Origin: Candidatus Omnitrophica bacterium UBA6253 | GTDB lineage: Bacteria > Omnitrophota > Gorgyraeia > Gygaellales > Profunditerraquicolaceae | Direction: 5' to 3' | Assembly (NCBI GenBank): GCA_002441245.1 | Contig: DJVP01000004.1 | Span: forward strand, 52,072 to 116,071 | DNA: 64,000 nucleotides | In this document: positions 19,143-28,287 of the stretch, piece by piece | How positions within the stretch are numbered: position 1 is the stretch's first letter | Layout of the letters: each line of letters starts with the position of its first letter | Position numbers and translations under genes: made by a program | Notes under the pieces: model-generated | What the model was told of the DNA's origin: nothing | Seen by the model: the letters and a program-made list of their open reading frames with translations, nothing else | The model's database searches: none

Positions 19143-19343
19143 TTATAACTTCACTACTTTAGTAGCCTGTTCACCTTTAGGACCTTTTTCGATGTCAAAT
19201 TCAACCTCCTGGCCCTCCTCTAAAGTCTTATAGCCATCACCCTGAATCGCGGTATGATGTACGAATACATCAACACCATTCTCAGGAGTAATAAATCCAT
19301 AGCCTTTTTGATTGGAAAACCACTTTACTTTACCTTTTGCCAT
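19143..19343 (-). CDS. cspA: cold-shock protein (CspA family), second copy
   Basis: 66 aa [23 protein letters not shown]...VHHTAI. It is about 75% identical to the copy at 5587-5787. Confidence 0.95.
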   Translation of the reverse strand: MAKGKVKWFSNQKGYGFITPENGVDVFVHHTAIQGDGYKTLEEGQEVEFDIEKGPKGEQATKVVKL

Positions 19344-19467
19344 TTTATTTGCTTCCTCCTTTCCACAAAATTATAGCAGCATTAAGAATAGAAACAAAAA
19401 ACCGTAAGGCGTGTTATTCTCTCTCCTTACGGCTAAAGATTCCTACCCCTTATCTGCTATAGAACAA

Positions 19468-19495
19468 ATTATATATAAAACTTTCGGCTTGTCAA
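19468..19495 (-). promoter_or_regulatory. sigma70-type promoter of cspA-2 (TTGACA, 16 nt spacer, TATAAT)
   Basis: On the minus strand: TTGACA (19495-19490), then AGCCGAAAGTTTTATA, then TATAAT (19473-19468). This gives a roughly 120 nt leader. Confidence 0.55.
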
Positions 19496-19623
19496 CAAGA
19501 AATTGAGCCACCAGGCTTTAATCTGGCGGGCTTAGACACCTTAAGCTTTTATATAGCGGGGATACTCACCCCTAGTCGCAAGAGCATACCGAGTTTACGG
19601 AGCAGGACAAACACTTTACTTTC

Positions 19624-19914
19624 TTATCTTAAGCTATCTATACACTTAAGATCATAATAACCCAAGACCTTAACCTTGGCCTTAGATTTACCTACTAACC
19701 AATCGTGATATTTATTCATAAACCGCTCATGATCGGTTTTCTCTACCCATTGGTATACCGAGGCATATTGATTTATAAACCCATAACGTTTCATGGTCTT
19801 ATACGCCAGAAAACCCCTGGCTTTTTTGGTATGAGTTGCCCACATCAAGCTATCTTTACGGTATTTAGCTACCTCTTTAGGCTTTACCTCAAACAAAACA
19901 ACATGAATAAACAT
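19624..19914 (-). CDS. small alpha+beta barrel protein, possibly ABM (antibiotic biosynthesis monooxygenase)/Dabb-like
   Basis: 96 aa. FIHVVLFEVKPKEVAKY ... H...W pattern resembles the ABM fold. Motif-level call only. Confidence 0.35.
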   Translation of the reverse strand: MFIHVVLFEVKPKEVAKYRKDSLMWATHTKKARGFLAYKTMKRYGFINQYASVYQWVEKTDHERFMNKYHDWLVGKSKAKVKVLGYYDLKCIDSLR

Positions 19915-19982
19915 AAGGACCTCTTTTTTTTAGTTAATAAATTAAGTTATTATACACTATTGTTTATTTAAAACAAATATTT

Positions 19983-21821
19983 TTACCACTGGAACCTCAG
20001 CCCTGCCTCAATATACCTGCCGGGCTGGGGGATTCCCGCAATATCCTGATACTCTACATTCAAGATATTCTCAGCAAGAAAGAAAACCTTGGCATTACGG
20101 CTTAAATTATAATTAAATCCGGAATTCATCAGCAACCATCCCCTGCGAGCCGGACGTTTTTTGTAACTAACCCCAACCTCCTGACGGCCAAAAGGAAGAT
20201 CCAGGCTTAATACTGTATTCGCTAAATGCTGTGCGTAATTCGGGCCATATTTATACAGATACCCCTGGCTATCTATACTCTTGCCTGTATAAGTATAGCT
20301 GGCATCCAGGCTGAACAGTCTGTTAAATTTCTTGCGCAAAACATACTCAACCCCAAAAACATCGTCCCGGGTAAAATTCCTTGCCTGCCATTTTTGGGTT
20401 GAGTCAACCCTAACCCAATCAATCATCTCTTTCTCCTGACGCATAAAAAAGGATATATTGCTAAATAATCCTTCTTGCTTATATTCAAAACCCGCTTCGT
20501 AACTCCACGTTTTCTCGGAAGATAAATTATCATTGCCTATTGTAGTGGAATCACTGTAATAAAGCTCAGTAAAAGACGGCACGCGCATACTTCTTGAAAT
20601 GCCAAAATTCAATGCTGACTCAAACGTAAGCCTAAACTTGGCGTTTAAAGAACCAGTATAAACTTTTCCGAAATCAGAGAAATCATCCCAGCGTAAAGAA
20701 GAGCCTATTTCCCACTTCTCGCCAAGCCCCACACTGTTATCCAAAAGCATGCTTTTGTGGTCACGAACATGACTGCCAAGATTTGTAGATGCGATCCTCT
20801 CCTGCCCCCACTCTGCCCCAAAACCAAGTTTCCCCAATAAACCTACCTCCTTTTGCAGATAAATACTGGGGGTAAGCATGTCCGTACGATGCTGATTAAC
20901 GCTTGTTGAACGCAACTGAGTTTTGTCCAAAGTAAACTTATCATAATGCCTACGCCATAGAAAATTCGGTTTAATCAATAAACCATCACGGTTTAAATTA
21001 AGACCGCTGCTTAACAGGTAGGTTTTAGTCTCTTCCCTGGAAGGATAGCCCAGGCCCGGGGTATAAAAATCATATGCGCCATAATTCTTCTCCTGATAGC
21101 CAAAGTTGTTTTCCCATGCCCCCTGCATGAGTTCATAATTAGTGCTTAATGAAGTAGTAAATTTACTGTAATCCGTGTCTTCCCGGAACCCCTTTGACTG
21201 CGCGTCCTCAACAGAAACCCTGAAACCTAGTTTTCCAAGCCTATCGCTCAAACTAAATAACCCATAACCGTTACGATTGTTGCCTGCTGCATTTTCCCAG
21301 ACAATCTTTTTCTCCTCAGGGGTGCTTAACGCAAAATTTATTGCCCCGCCAATGGCATCCGGGCCAAACAAAGAAGAACTGGCCCCGGGGATAAGCTCTA
21401 TTTTCCCGATATCTTCTTTAGTAAAGGGGATATCCGAATTATAATGGCCGGTCTGCGGATCATTAATCCGCTGCCCGTTGAGCAGGATTAAAACCTGCTG
21501 GAAGGTTGAACCGCGCAAAGAGAAATCCGTCTGTATGCCGCTCTCCAAGGCACGACTCTGTAAATCTACTGGCAGATTACTTAAATTCTCTAAACTGGAC
21601 TGGTAATTAAAACTCTGGTCTTTGCCAGGCTCAGTAGAATAGATACTTAGAAGGAACTGTTTTTGTTTGCTGATGACTATTGGCTCTAAATCCTGGCCTT
21701 GCCAAATGGAGGACAGATCAGCACTGCCTAGCTTATGATTATTGTCTTCGAAGGAAAATGCTAACTTTGGCAGAATAAAAAAAATGACGATAAGAAACCC
21801 CCGCAAGTTTATTTTAAGCAT
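19983..21821 (-). CDS. TonB-dependent outer-membrane receptor (BtuB-sized)
   Basis: 612 aa. It has a signal peptide, a TonB-box-like EPIVIS, a plug-domain motif IPGASSSLFGPDAIGGAINF, and a C-terminal beta-barrel ending in the aromatic residues RFQW. Confidence 0.8.
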   Translation of the reverse strand: MLKINLRGFLIVIFFILPKLAFSFEDNNHKLGSADLSSIWQGQDLEPIVISKQKQFLLSIYSTEPGKDQSFNYQSSLENLSNLPVDLQSRALESGIQTDFSLRGSTFQQVLILLNGQRINDPQTGHYNSDIPFTKEDIGKIELIPGASSSLFGPDAIGGAINFALSTPEEKKIVWENAAGNNRNGYGLFSLSDRLGKLGFRVSVEDAQSKGFREDTDYSKFTTSLSTNYELMQGAWENNFGYQEKNYGAYDFYTPGLGYPSREETKTYLLSSGLNLNRDGLLIKPNFLWRRHYDKFTLDKTQLRSTSVNQHRTDMLTPSIYLQKEVGLLGKLGFGAEWGQERIASTNLGSHVRDHKSMLLDNSVGLGEKWEIGSSLRWDDFSDFGKVYTGSLNAKFRLTFESALNFGISRSMRVPSFTELYYSDSTTIGNDNLSSEKTWSYEAGFEYKQEGLFSNISFFMRQEKEMIDWVRVDSTQKWQARNFTRDDVFGVEYVLRKKFNRLFSLDASYTYTGKSIDSQGYLYKYGPNYAQHLANTVLSLDLPFGRQEVGVSYKKRPARRGWLLMNSGFNYNLSRNAKVFFLAENILNVEYQDIAGIPQPGRYIEAGLRFQW

Positions 21822-21880
21822 GAAATTATTATAGGTTGTGCGGGTTAATTGTCAACCAATAATATATTTGTGGTTTACAG

Positions 21881-22861
21881 TTAGCGGCAGTGTATAACGT
21901 CTCCAGAGAAAACCTTCTGCATGAGCCCTGAGTCTTTACGGATAAGCAAGGCTCCATCCTGATCAATGTCTACGGCCGCCCCTTCAACGTGTTTATCCTG
22001 GCAATACACCTTGACACGCCTGCCCAGGGTGAGGGTGAAACTTCGCCATTTATCGATTATTGCCTGCACACCTTTATCCTCAAGAATAGAATAATTGTTT
22101 TCTATCCTGCGCAAAAGTTCCTGCAATAGAAGAATGCGGCTTATTGACTGGCCTGCCTGTTCTTTTAAAGAAGTAGCCTGGGCAATTAAAGATTTTTTAT
22201 CATTGTTGACGTTTAAACCAATACCGATGACCACAAAATTAACCTTATCTACCTCAGCGTTCATTTCGGTAAGAATGCCGGCAATTTTCTTATTGCAGAT
22301 AAACACGTCATTCGGCCATTTAATCTGCGCATCCAAACTAACAATTTTTTTTACCGCTTCGCAGATACTCACCGCGGCCAAAAGTGTCAGCATAGGAGAG
22401 GCGGATGGCGGGATATTCGGTCTTAATATCAAAGAAAAATAAATACCTTTGTATTTGGGAGAAAACCAGCTTCTGCCCAATCTGCCGCGGCCCTTAGTCT
22501 GAGATTCGGCCAAAACCAGCGTTCCATTGGACGCTCCCTGTATTCCCAATTGCATCGCCATATCCATGGTTGAAGACAGATAATCAAAATAATGGATTTT
22601 CTTAGCGATAAACTTGGTATTAAGGCTGTAGGCTATCTCTAAAGCAAAAAGCCGGTCAGGACTAGATTCAAGCCGGTAGCCTAAATGCGGCACTGCTACA
22701 ATATCATAACCTGAGTCCTTTAGATCCTGGATATGTTTCCATAACCCTTGCCTGCTGATCCCCAGACGCGAGGCTATTTCATCTCCTGAGATATACTCAT
22801 GTTCTTTTTTAAGATACTCAATGATTTTTTCTTTCAACCAGCACCTTCTTTCCTTATCCAT
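21881..22861 (-). CDS. birA: bifunctional biotin-protein ligase / bio-operon repressor
   Basis: 326 aa. N-terminal HTH (ISGDEIASRLGISRQGLWKHIQDL), then BPL catalytic core (GRGRLGRSWFSP, GIGLN) and the C-terminal SH3-like domain. Confidence 0.85.
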   Translation of the reverse strand: MDKERRCWLKEKIIEYLKKEHEYISGDEIASRLGISRQGLWKHIQDLKDSGYDIVAVPHLGYRLESSPDRLFALEIAYSLNTKFIAKKIHYFDYLSSTMDMAMQLGIQGASNGTLVLAESQTKGRGRLGRSWFSPKYKGIYFSLILRPNIPPSASPMLTLLAAVSICEAVKKIVSLDAQIKWPNDVFICNKKIAGILTEMNAEVDKVNFVVIGIGLNVNNDKKSLIAQATSLKEQAGQSISRILLLQELLRRIENNYSILEDKGVQAIIDKWRSFTLTLGRRVKVYCQDKHVEGAAVDIDQDGALLIRKDSGLMQKVFSGDVIHCR

Positions 22862-22903
22862 CCAAACCAGGCACCTTTTATAAATTAAAACAAATGCAGG
22901 ATT

Positions 22904-23950
22904 TCATTTTCTTTTCTTAAGATACTCTTCAAATTTACCCCAAAATGGGTCAACCCTGGGATGTTTAAGTTCATGGCTCTTATTCCCGCTAAATACACGC
23001 ATACCCTTGCGTTGTTCAGTTACCTCGCCAACGATGCTGGCAGGAATACCATTTTCTTCCAAAGCAGAAACAATAAATTTAGCTTTTTTCTTGTTTGCCA
23101 TAGCCAATAACGTGCCTTCACTTATAGACTTATATGGGTCAATATCAAAACAAGAACAAACCAAGCGCACTTCTTCCTGTAGGATTATTTTATCTAAATC
23201 AATGCACATGCCTACACGGCTATGCTGAGCGATCTCAAAAAGACCACCCCATATTCCGCACTCAGTAGCATCATGCATAGCTGTTAAGCCGCCTACAGAA
23301 GCAGCTATGGAGGCATCTTTTACTGTAGACATCTGATAAAAAATATTTTGAGCGCGCTTCAAAAAAGAAGCCCCATATTTGGCTTGGATAAACTCCGGAA
23401 AGTAAGCGGATAATAAACCGGTGGCTTCAATGGCCGGCCCCTTAGAAATAATAATCACATCTCCTGCTTTAACAGCCGGGTTAATAAGTTCTTTTTTCTT
23501 ACCCAGCCCAAACATGGTTGCTCCGCCTACCATAGGATAGTTACAGCCGGCATAACGGGCGGTATGTCCGGTAACTACGCTGATGCATAATCTTTTGCAT
23601 TCATTATGCACGGCCTTCCAGAGCCTTACCAGCTCCTCTTCAGTAATCTGCGGCGGAAGATTAAGATCAATTGCCAAGTACTTCGGAGCAATACCGCTCA
23701 CGGCAACATCACTGGCAATAATATGCACTGCAAACCAGGCAGCTTTTTCTATGCCTAATTCTTTAGCGATAAAAAACGGGTCTGTGGACAAAACCATCAC
23801 CTGCTCTCCCAGATCCACCACGCCAAAATCCACGCCGTTCTGCGGCTTAACTAAAAGAGACGGGTCAGGCTTGCCTAATTTATGATATATATGTTTATTA
23901 AAGAAATCCGGATGGATTTTCCCGAGCCTGGGAAGTTCAATCTTTTTCAT
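22904..23950 (-). CDS. AIR-synthase-related (PurM-like/HypE-like fold) protein of unknown function
   Basis: 348 aa with PurM-superfamily N- and C-domains (GVDFGVVDL...DVAVSGIAPKYLAIDLNLP...VVTGHTA). It lacks the C-terminal Cys of HypE and the SelD Cys/Sec motif. Confidence 0.55.
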   Translation of the reverse strand: MKKIELPRLGKIHPDFFNKHIYHKLGKPDPSLLVKPQNGVDFGVVDLGEQVMVLSTDPFFIAKELGIEKAAWFAVHIIASDVAVSGIAPKYLAIDLNLPPQITEEELVRLWKAVHNECKRLCISVVTGHTARYAGCNYPMVGGATMFGLGKKKELINPAVKAGDVIIISKGPAIEATGLLSAYFPEFIQAKYGASFLKRAQNIFYQMSTVKDASIAASVGGLTAMHDATECGIWGGLFEIAQHSRVGMCIDLDKIILQEEVRLVCSCFDIDPYKSISEGTLLAMANKKKAKFIVSALEENGIPASIVGEVTEQRKGMRVFSGNKSHELKHPRVDPFWGKFEEYLKKRK

Positions 23951-25100
23951 AAAGTGGGCTCATGGCGCGCAGCTTTTGCACGACCAAAGGTAATTTTTCT
24001 AAGAAATAATCAATATCGCTTTCACGGTTAAAGCGGCCAAGGGTAATTCTAAGCGAACCATGGGCAGTCTCATGGTCTAAGCCGATAGCTAATAAAACAT
24101 GCGAAGGCTCTAAAGAACTTGAGGTACAGGCTGAGCCGGTTGAGCAGGCAATACCGAACAAATCCAGATTCAAAAGTATGGATTCCCCTTCAATATATTT
24201 AATGGAGAAATTAACATTATTCGGCAGCCGCTTGGAAGGGTGGCCATTAAGTCTTACCTCCGGAATGCGGGCGGGGATCTCTTTGATTAATTTATCCCGT
24301 AAAGCGCTCTGAAATTTAATTTCATTATTCATGTTCTTTTGGCAAAGCTGGATTGCCTTGCCTAATCCAACTATCCCGGTAGTATTATAAGTAGAACCGC
24401 GCCTGCCTCTTTCCTGGTCGCCCCCGCGCATAAACGTCTCCAGACGACTACCTTTTCGGATATATAGAGCGCCTACTCCTTTTGGCCCATAAAACTTATG
24501 GGCGGAAAGCGACATAAGGTCGACATTAAGCTCACCGACATTTACCGGTATATGACCTATAGTCTGCACCGCGTCGGTATGGAAGTAGATTCCTTTTTCT
24601 CTGACAATTTTGCCCAATTCAGCTATAGGCTCAAGCGTACCAATCTCATTATTGGCCTGCATTATACTGACCAGGATAGTCTTATCAGTAATTGCATCCC
24701 TCAACTCTTGCAAAGAAACCAGACCATCTCCATCCACCTTAAGATAGGTAACCTTGAAACCTTTCTTTTCAAGAAATCTAAGTGGCTCAATAATAGCATG
24801 ATGTTCAATAGCGGAAGTGATAATATGGTTACCCTTTTTCTCCAGCGCATAAGCAGAACCTAAAAGCGCATAATTATCCGACTCTGTGCCTCCGGAAGTA
24901 AAAACAATCTCTTCGGGCTTGGCGCCGATAAACTCAGCGAGCACCTCCCGGCTATCCTCAATCGCTTTTTTGGCCTCCTGTCCATAAGCATGCAGGCTTG
25001 AGGCATTCCCGGATTTTTCAAAAAAATACGGCTCCATTGCACCTAAAACTTCCGGATCCGTTGGCGTGGTTGCTGCATAATCAAAATATATTTTTTTCAT
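23937..25100 (-). CDS. cysteine desulfurase (NifS/IscS-like, class V aminotransferase)
   Basis: 387 aa with a PLP-lysine region SAHKFYGPKGVGALY and active-site Cys loop SAGSACTS. It overlaps neighbouring genes at both ends. Confidence 0.85.
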   Translation of the reverse strand: MKKIYFDYAATTPTDPEVLGAMEPYFFEKSGNASSLHAYGQEAKKAIEDSREVLAEFIGAKPEEIVFTSGGTESDNYALLGSAYALEKKGNHIITSAIEHHAIIEPLRFLEKKGFKVTYLKVDGDGLVSLQELRDAITDKTILVSIMQANNEIGTLEPIAELGKIVREKGIYFHTDAVQTIGHIPVNVGELNVDLMSLSAHKFYGPKGVGALYIRKGSRLETFMRGGDQERGRRGSTYNTTGIVGLGKAIQLCQKNMNNEIKFQSALRDKLIKEIPARIPEVRLNGHPSKRLPNNVNFSIKYIEGESILLNLDLFGIACSTGSACTSSSLEPSHVLLAIGLDHETAHGSLRITLGRFNRESDIDYFLEKLPLVVQKLRAMSPLYEKD

Positions 25101-25903
25101 TATTTTATAGCCTCGTTTAAACTGCCAGTACGATACCCCTCTAAATCAACAGTAATATAGTTATAGCCTAAATCCTTTAGTTTATCAACTATCTCTTGAC
25201 GATTACGCAATAGGCGATTGATATATTTTTCCTCAACCTCTATCCGGCAAAACCCATTATGATGGCGCAACCTAACCTGTTTAAACCCCAGTCCGATTAA
25301 ATAAGCCTCTGCCTGATCAATGCGCCTGAGCAGGCCAGCAGTAATTTTAATCCCATAAGGTATACGCGAAGCAAGACAAGCTAAAGGAGGCTTATCCCAA
25401 CTGGATAGGCCTAATCCTTTACTTAACTTACGGATGTCTCCTTTGCTAAAACCTGATTCAAGCAGGGGAGATTTTACCTTAAGTTCTTTCTTTGCGGCTT
25501 CTCCTGGGCGGTAATCTTTTTTATCCGAAGTATTGCTGGCGTCTAAAACAAAATTAAAATTATTCCTGTGGGCGATAGCAATTAATTTTGAAAACAACTC
25601 CTTCTTGCAGAAATAACAGCGATTAACAGGATTAGCCGAAAACTTTTTATTATCTAATTCCGCGGTCTTAATTACCCTGAGCCTTACGCCTATATCTTTA
25701 GCCAATATTTTTGCCTTACGCAATTCACCTTTAGGGTAGGTGGCAGAAACTGCGGTCACTGCCAGGATGTTTTCTTTTGGCAAAACAAGCGAACAAACTT
25801 TAAGTAAAAACGCGCTATCTTGCCCTCCGGAAAAAGCAACCACGCATGACTTATATCCGCGTATTTTACGCTTAAGACAAACAAATTTATAACTAAGGCC
25901 CAT
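25100..25903 (-). CDS. LarE-family PP-loop ATPase (TIGR00268-like sulfur transferase), Cys-rich variant
   Basis: 267 aa. Motifs: PP-loop SGGQDS, DYRPG, PLACLASRIPYG, VRLRHHNGFCRIE and ITVDLEGYRTGSLN. These align block-for-block with Lactobacillus LarE. There is an additional CYFC pair, absent from sacrificial LarE, upstream of the LarE-position Cys. Confidence 0.7.
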   Translation of the reverse strand: MGLSYKFVCLKRKIRGYKSCVVAFSGGQDSAFLLKVCSLVLPKENILAVTAVSATYPKGELRKAKILAKDIGVRLRVIKTAELDNKKFSANPVNRCYFCKKELFSKLIAIAHRNNFNFVLDASNTSDKKDYRPGEAAKKELKVKSPLLESGFSKGDIRKLSKGLGLSSWDKPPLACLASRIPYGIKITAGLLRRIDQAEAYLIGLGFKQVRLRHHNGFCRIEVEEKYINRLLRNRQEIVDKLKDLGYNYITVDLEGYRTGSLNEAIK

Positions 25904-25914
25904 TGCTGTCTTTT

Positions 25915-26136
25915 CTACAAAGCTACAACTTCTTTTATTTCCGGCACTTCCTGCTTTAAGATCTTTTCAATCCCCATTTTCAGAGTCATTGAACTCATCG
26001 GACAGCAGCCGCAACTACCTTTTAGTTTTAACTTTACTATCCCGTCACTGGTCACATCAACCAATTCAACATTTCCTCCATCTGCTGCAAGCATCGGCCT
26101 GACCTTATCTAAAGCTTTTTCTATTCTTTCCCTCAT
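25915..26136 (-). CDS. NifU-like (Nfu-type) Fe-S cluster carrier domain protein
   Basis: 73 aa with [11 protein letters not shown] CxxC motif of NifU C-terminal domain. Confidence 0.8.
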   Translation of the reverse strand: MRERIEKALDKVRPMLAADGGNVELVDVTSDGIVKLKLKGSCGCCPMSSMTLKMGIEKILKQEVPEIKEVVAL

Positions 26137-26213
26137 CTCTATTCTCCTTTGTTAAATGCCCCACCGTCTTAATACATTCAACTAATTGTACCACTGTAAA
26201 AATTACCTACAAC

Positions 26214-26618
26214 TTATTTATATTTTGTCCCGGCTGATACGCCCTTCTCCTTCTCCTTTATCTTATTCCAGTTGGCAATAATCTGACGGGTAGAGTTGAC
26301 CTTAATCTTGCCGAAAACGTGCGGGTGCCTGCGTTTAAGCTTATCTATTAAACCTGCGATCACTTTCTCAATATCAAACTTTTTATCTTTCTGGGCAATC
26401 TGGGCATTAAACATTACATGCAAAAGAATATCCCCTAATTCTTCCTGCATATGCCGGTAATTATTCATTCTGACCGCTGCAACAAACTCATCCACCTCTT
26501 CCCTTAAATCCTTAATCAGGCTTTTATGCGTCTGCTTCTTATCCCACATACATCCGCGCTTGCTATGCAAAATAGTAAAGATATTCTTTAGTTCCACAAA
26601 TTTGGTATTTTTGGCCAT
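26214..26618 (-). CDS. mazG: MazG-family nucleoside triphosphate pyrophosphohydrolase
   Basis: 134 aa with EEVDEF...EELGDILLHV...RRHPHVFG MazG motifs. Confidence 0.8.
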   Translation of the reverse strand: MAKNTKFVELKNIFTILHSKRGCMWDKKQTHKSLIKDLREEVDEFVAAVRMNNYRHMQEELGDILLHVMFNAQIAQKDKKFDIEKVIAGLIDKLKRRHPHVFGKIKVNSTRQIIANWNKIKEKEKGVSAGTKYK

Positions 26619-26625
26619 TTTTAAC

Positions 26626-27537
26626 CTAGAATTTATTTATTGCAAGGTACCTGAAAACGCTTAATGCGGCCTTTGAACCTTCCCCAGCGGCAATAATAAT
26701 TTGTTTTTCCGGCACATCCGTAACATCCCCTGCGGCAAAGACCCCGGGAATATTGGTTTCGTTGCGTAAATTTATCTTTACCTCACCCTTGCTGTTCTTT
26801 TCTACTTCCCCAGCGAATGCAGAATTAGGGACAAGCCCGATCTCTACGAACACTCCCTCCACGGCTAAATCTTTTAGCTCGCCATTATCCTTAATTTTAA
26901 TCCCCCTGACGAATTTGTCACCTGCCACGGAGATAATTTGAGAGTTATTAAAAATAGTAACATTGCCGGACACTTCAATCTTCTGGCGCATAATCGCATC
27001 CCCGCCTAAAGCCGAAGTATTATTTACAATATATACCTGCCTGGCAATTTTAACCAGTTGTAAAGCCGCATCCAACGCAGAGTTTCCGCCGCCTACAACA
27101 GCTACAGTCTTAGCGCTAAATAATGGGCCATCACAAGTAGCGCAATAAGTCAGGCCGCGATTCTTAAACTCCTTTTCACCCGGAACCCCAAGCTCTTTCG
27201 ATTTCTTGCCCGAAGCAATGATTACGCTTCTGGATTGATAATCTGCTTTATTGGTCTTAATTAAAAACCCTCCTGCAGACTTCTTAAGCTCTAACACCTC
27301 TTCATTTTCCTTAAGCACAGTGTCATACTTGCGCATATGCTCTTGAAATTTCTGAGCCAGCTCCGGCCCGGTAATAAATTGATAGCCAGTGTAGTTTTCA
27401 ATATCCCCGCTCCAGGCAGCCTGGCCTCCGATATCCAGGCTGATTACCAGAAAATTAATTTTCTTTCTGGCTGAATAAACACTGGCAGTTATCCCCGCAG
27501 GACCGGCTCCTATAATAATCAAATCATAAATCTGCAT
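26626..27537 (-). CDS. trxB: thioredoxin reductase
   Basis: 303 aa. FAD site GAGPAG, redox-active CATCDG, NADPH site GGGNSA. Confidence 0.9.
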   Translation of the reverse strand: MQIYDLIIIGAGPAGITASVYSARKKINFLVISLDIGGQAAWSGDIENYTGYQFITGPELAQKFQEHMRKYDTVLKENEEVLELKKSAGGFLIKTNKADYQSRSVIIASGKKSKELGVPGEKEFKNRGLTYCATCDGPLFSAKTVAVVGGGNSALDAALQLVKIARQVYIVNNTSALGGDAIMRQKIEVSGNVTIFNNSQIISVAGDKFVRGIKIKDNGELKDLAVEGVFVEIGLVPNSAFAGEVEKNSKGEVKINLRNETNIPGVFAAGDVTDVPEKQIIIAAGEGSKAALSVFRYLAINKF

Positions 27538-27577
27538 ATTGTGTTTTCTTGTATTTACAGTCCCTGCCTATTCCACC

Positions 27578-27814
27578 TTAGACCCCAAGTATGCTTTTTA
27601 TTTTCTCCCTGTCAAAACCTACAATAATTTCGCCTTCAATATCCAGGACCGGCACACCCATCTGCCCGGTTTTTTGCATTAACTCATCCACTGCCTGCTG
27701 ATCACTGGAAACATCAATATCCTGAAAATCAATATTATTCTCTTTTAAGAATTGTTTGGCCCGGATACACCATGGACAAGTCGGAGTACTGTAAACTTTT
27801 ACTGTTTTAACCAT
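27578..27814 (-). CDS. glutaredoxin-like small redoxin (CPWC)
   Basis: 78 aa with VYSTPTCPWCIRAKQFL thioredoxin-fold active site (NrdH/YruB-like). Confidence 0.8.
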   Translation of the reverse strand: MVKTVKVYSTPTCPWCIRAKQFLKENNIDFQDIDVSSDQQAVDELMQKTGQMGVPVLDIEGEIIVGFDREKIKSILGV

Positions 27815-27818
27815 AACA

Positions 27819-28286
27819 TCACTCCTTTCTCAAATAATAAGGGGTAAGATCGACTATTTTTTCTACTGTAACAATGATAAGATGCTTGGGGCTAGGCAGG
27901 CTGGCTTCGGGGTGGTGAGCGCGGGCTTTGTTTTGAGCTAAATTATGCAGCAGTCTTTTAGCCAGGCGCGAGGTAATATTGGCTTCCCAGGATTTGATAA
28001 ACTCTTGGCTGATTTCACCTCCAGAGATAAGTACGGCTCTTCCTTTAAAACAATAGCCCATAAATTTATGCTCATCAACAGCACTGATATTTATCTGAGG
28101 ATTATGCTTTATATTCTCGGCGGTTTCCCCGGAATAAGCATCCACCAAATAAATCTTTCCACTGGAATCAATCTTAACTATATCTTTGCAAGAAGCATGG
28201 GGAAACCCATTTTTGTCTATTGATGAGACTATTACGAAGCCCTGGGTGCGTAAAAAATCAATGACTGCTGCCGGGATCTGCTTCAT
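27819..28286 (-). CDS. PNPOx-like FMN-binding split-barrel protein
   Basis: 155 aa. N-terminal VIVSSIDKNGFPHASCKDIV fits the pyridoxamine-5-phosphate-oxidase-related fold. Confidence 0.55.
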   Translation of the reverse strand: MKQIPAAVIDFLRTQGFVIVSSIDKNGFPHASCKDIVKIDSSGKIYLVDAYSGETAENIKHNPQINISAVDEHKFMGYCFKGRAVLISGGEISQEFIKSWEANITSRLAKRLLHNLAQNKARAHHPEASLPSPKHLIIVTVEKIVDLTPYYLRKE

Positions 28287-28287
28287 T

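Noticed and set aside
19983-21880. Cobalamin riboswitch upstream of the BtuB-sized TonB receptor
   Set aside because: The upstream gap is only about 60 nt and carries none of the B12-box sequence. The receptor appears to be read through from birA instead.
22904-26136. Complete nickel-pincer (LarABCE) cofactor pathway
   Set aside because: Only the LarE-family member is present. The AIRS-like neighbour is neither LarB (PurE fold) nor LarC, and no LarA-like racemase was seen in the window.
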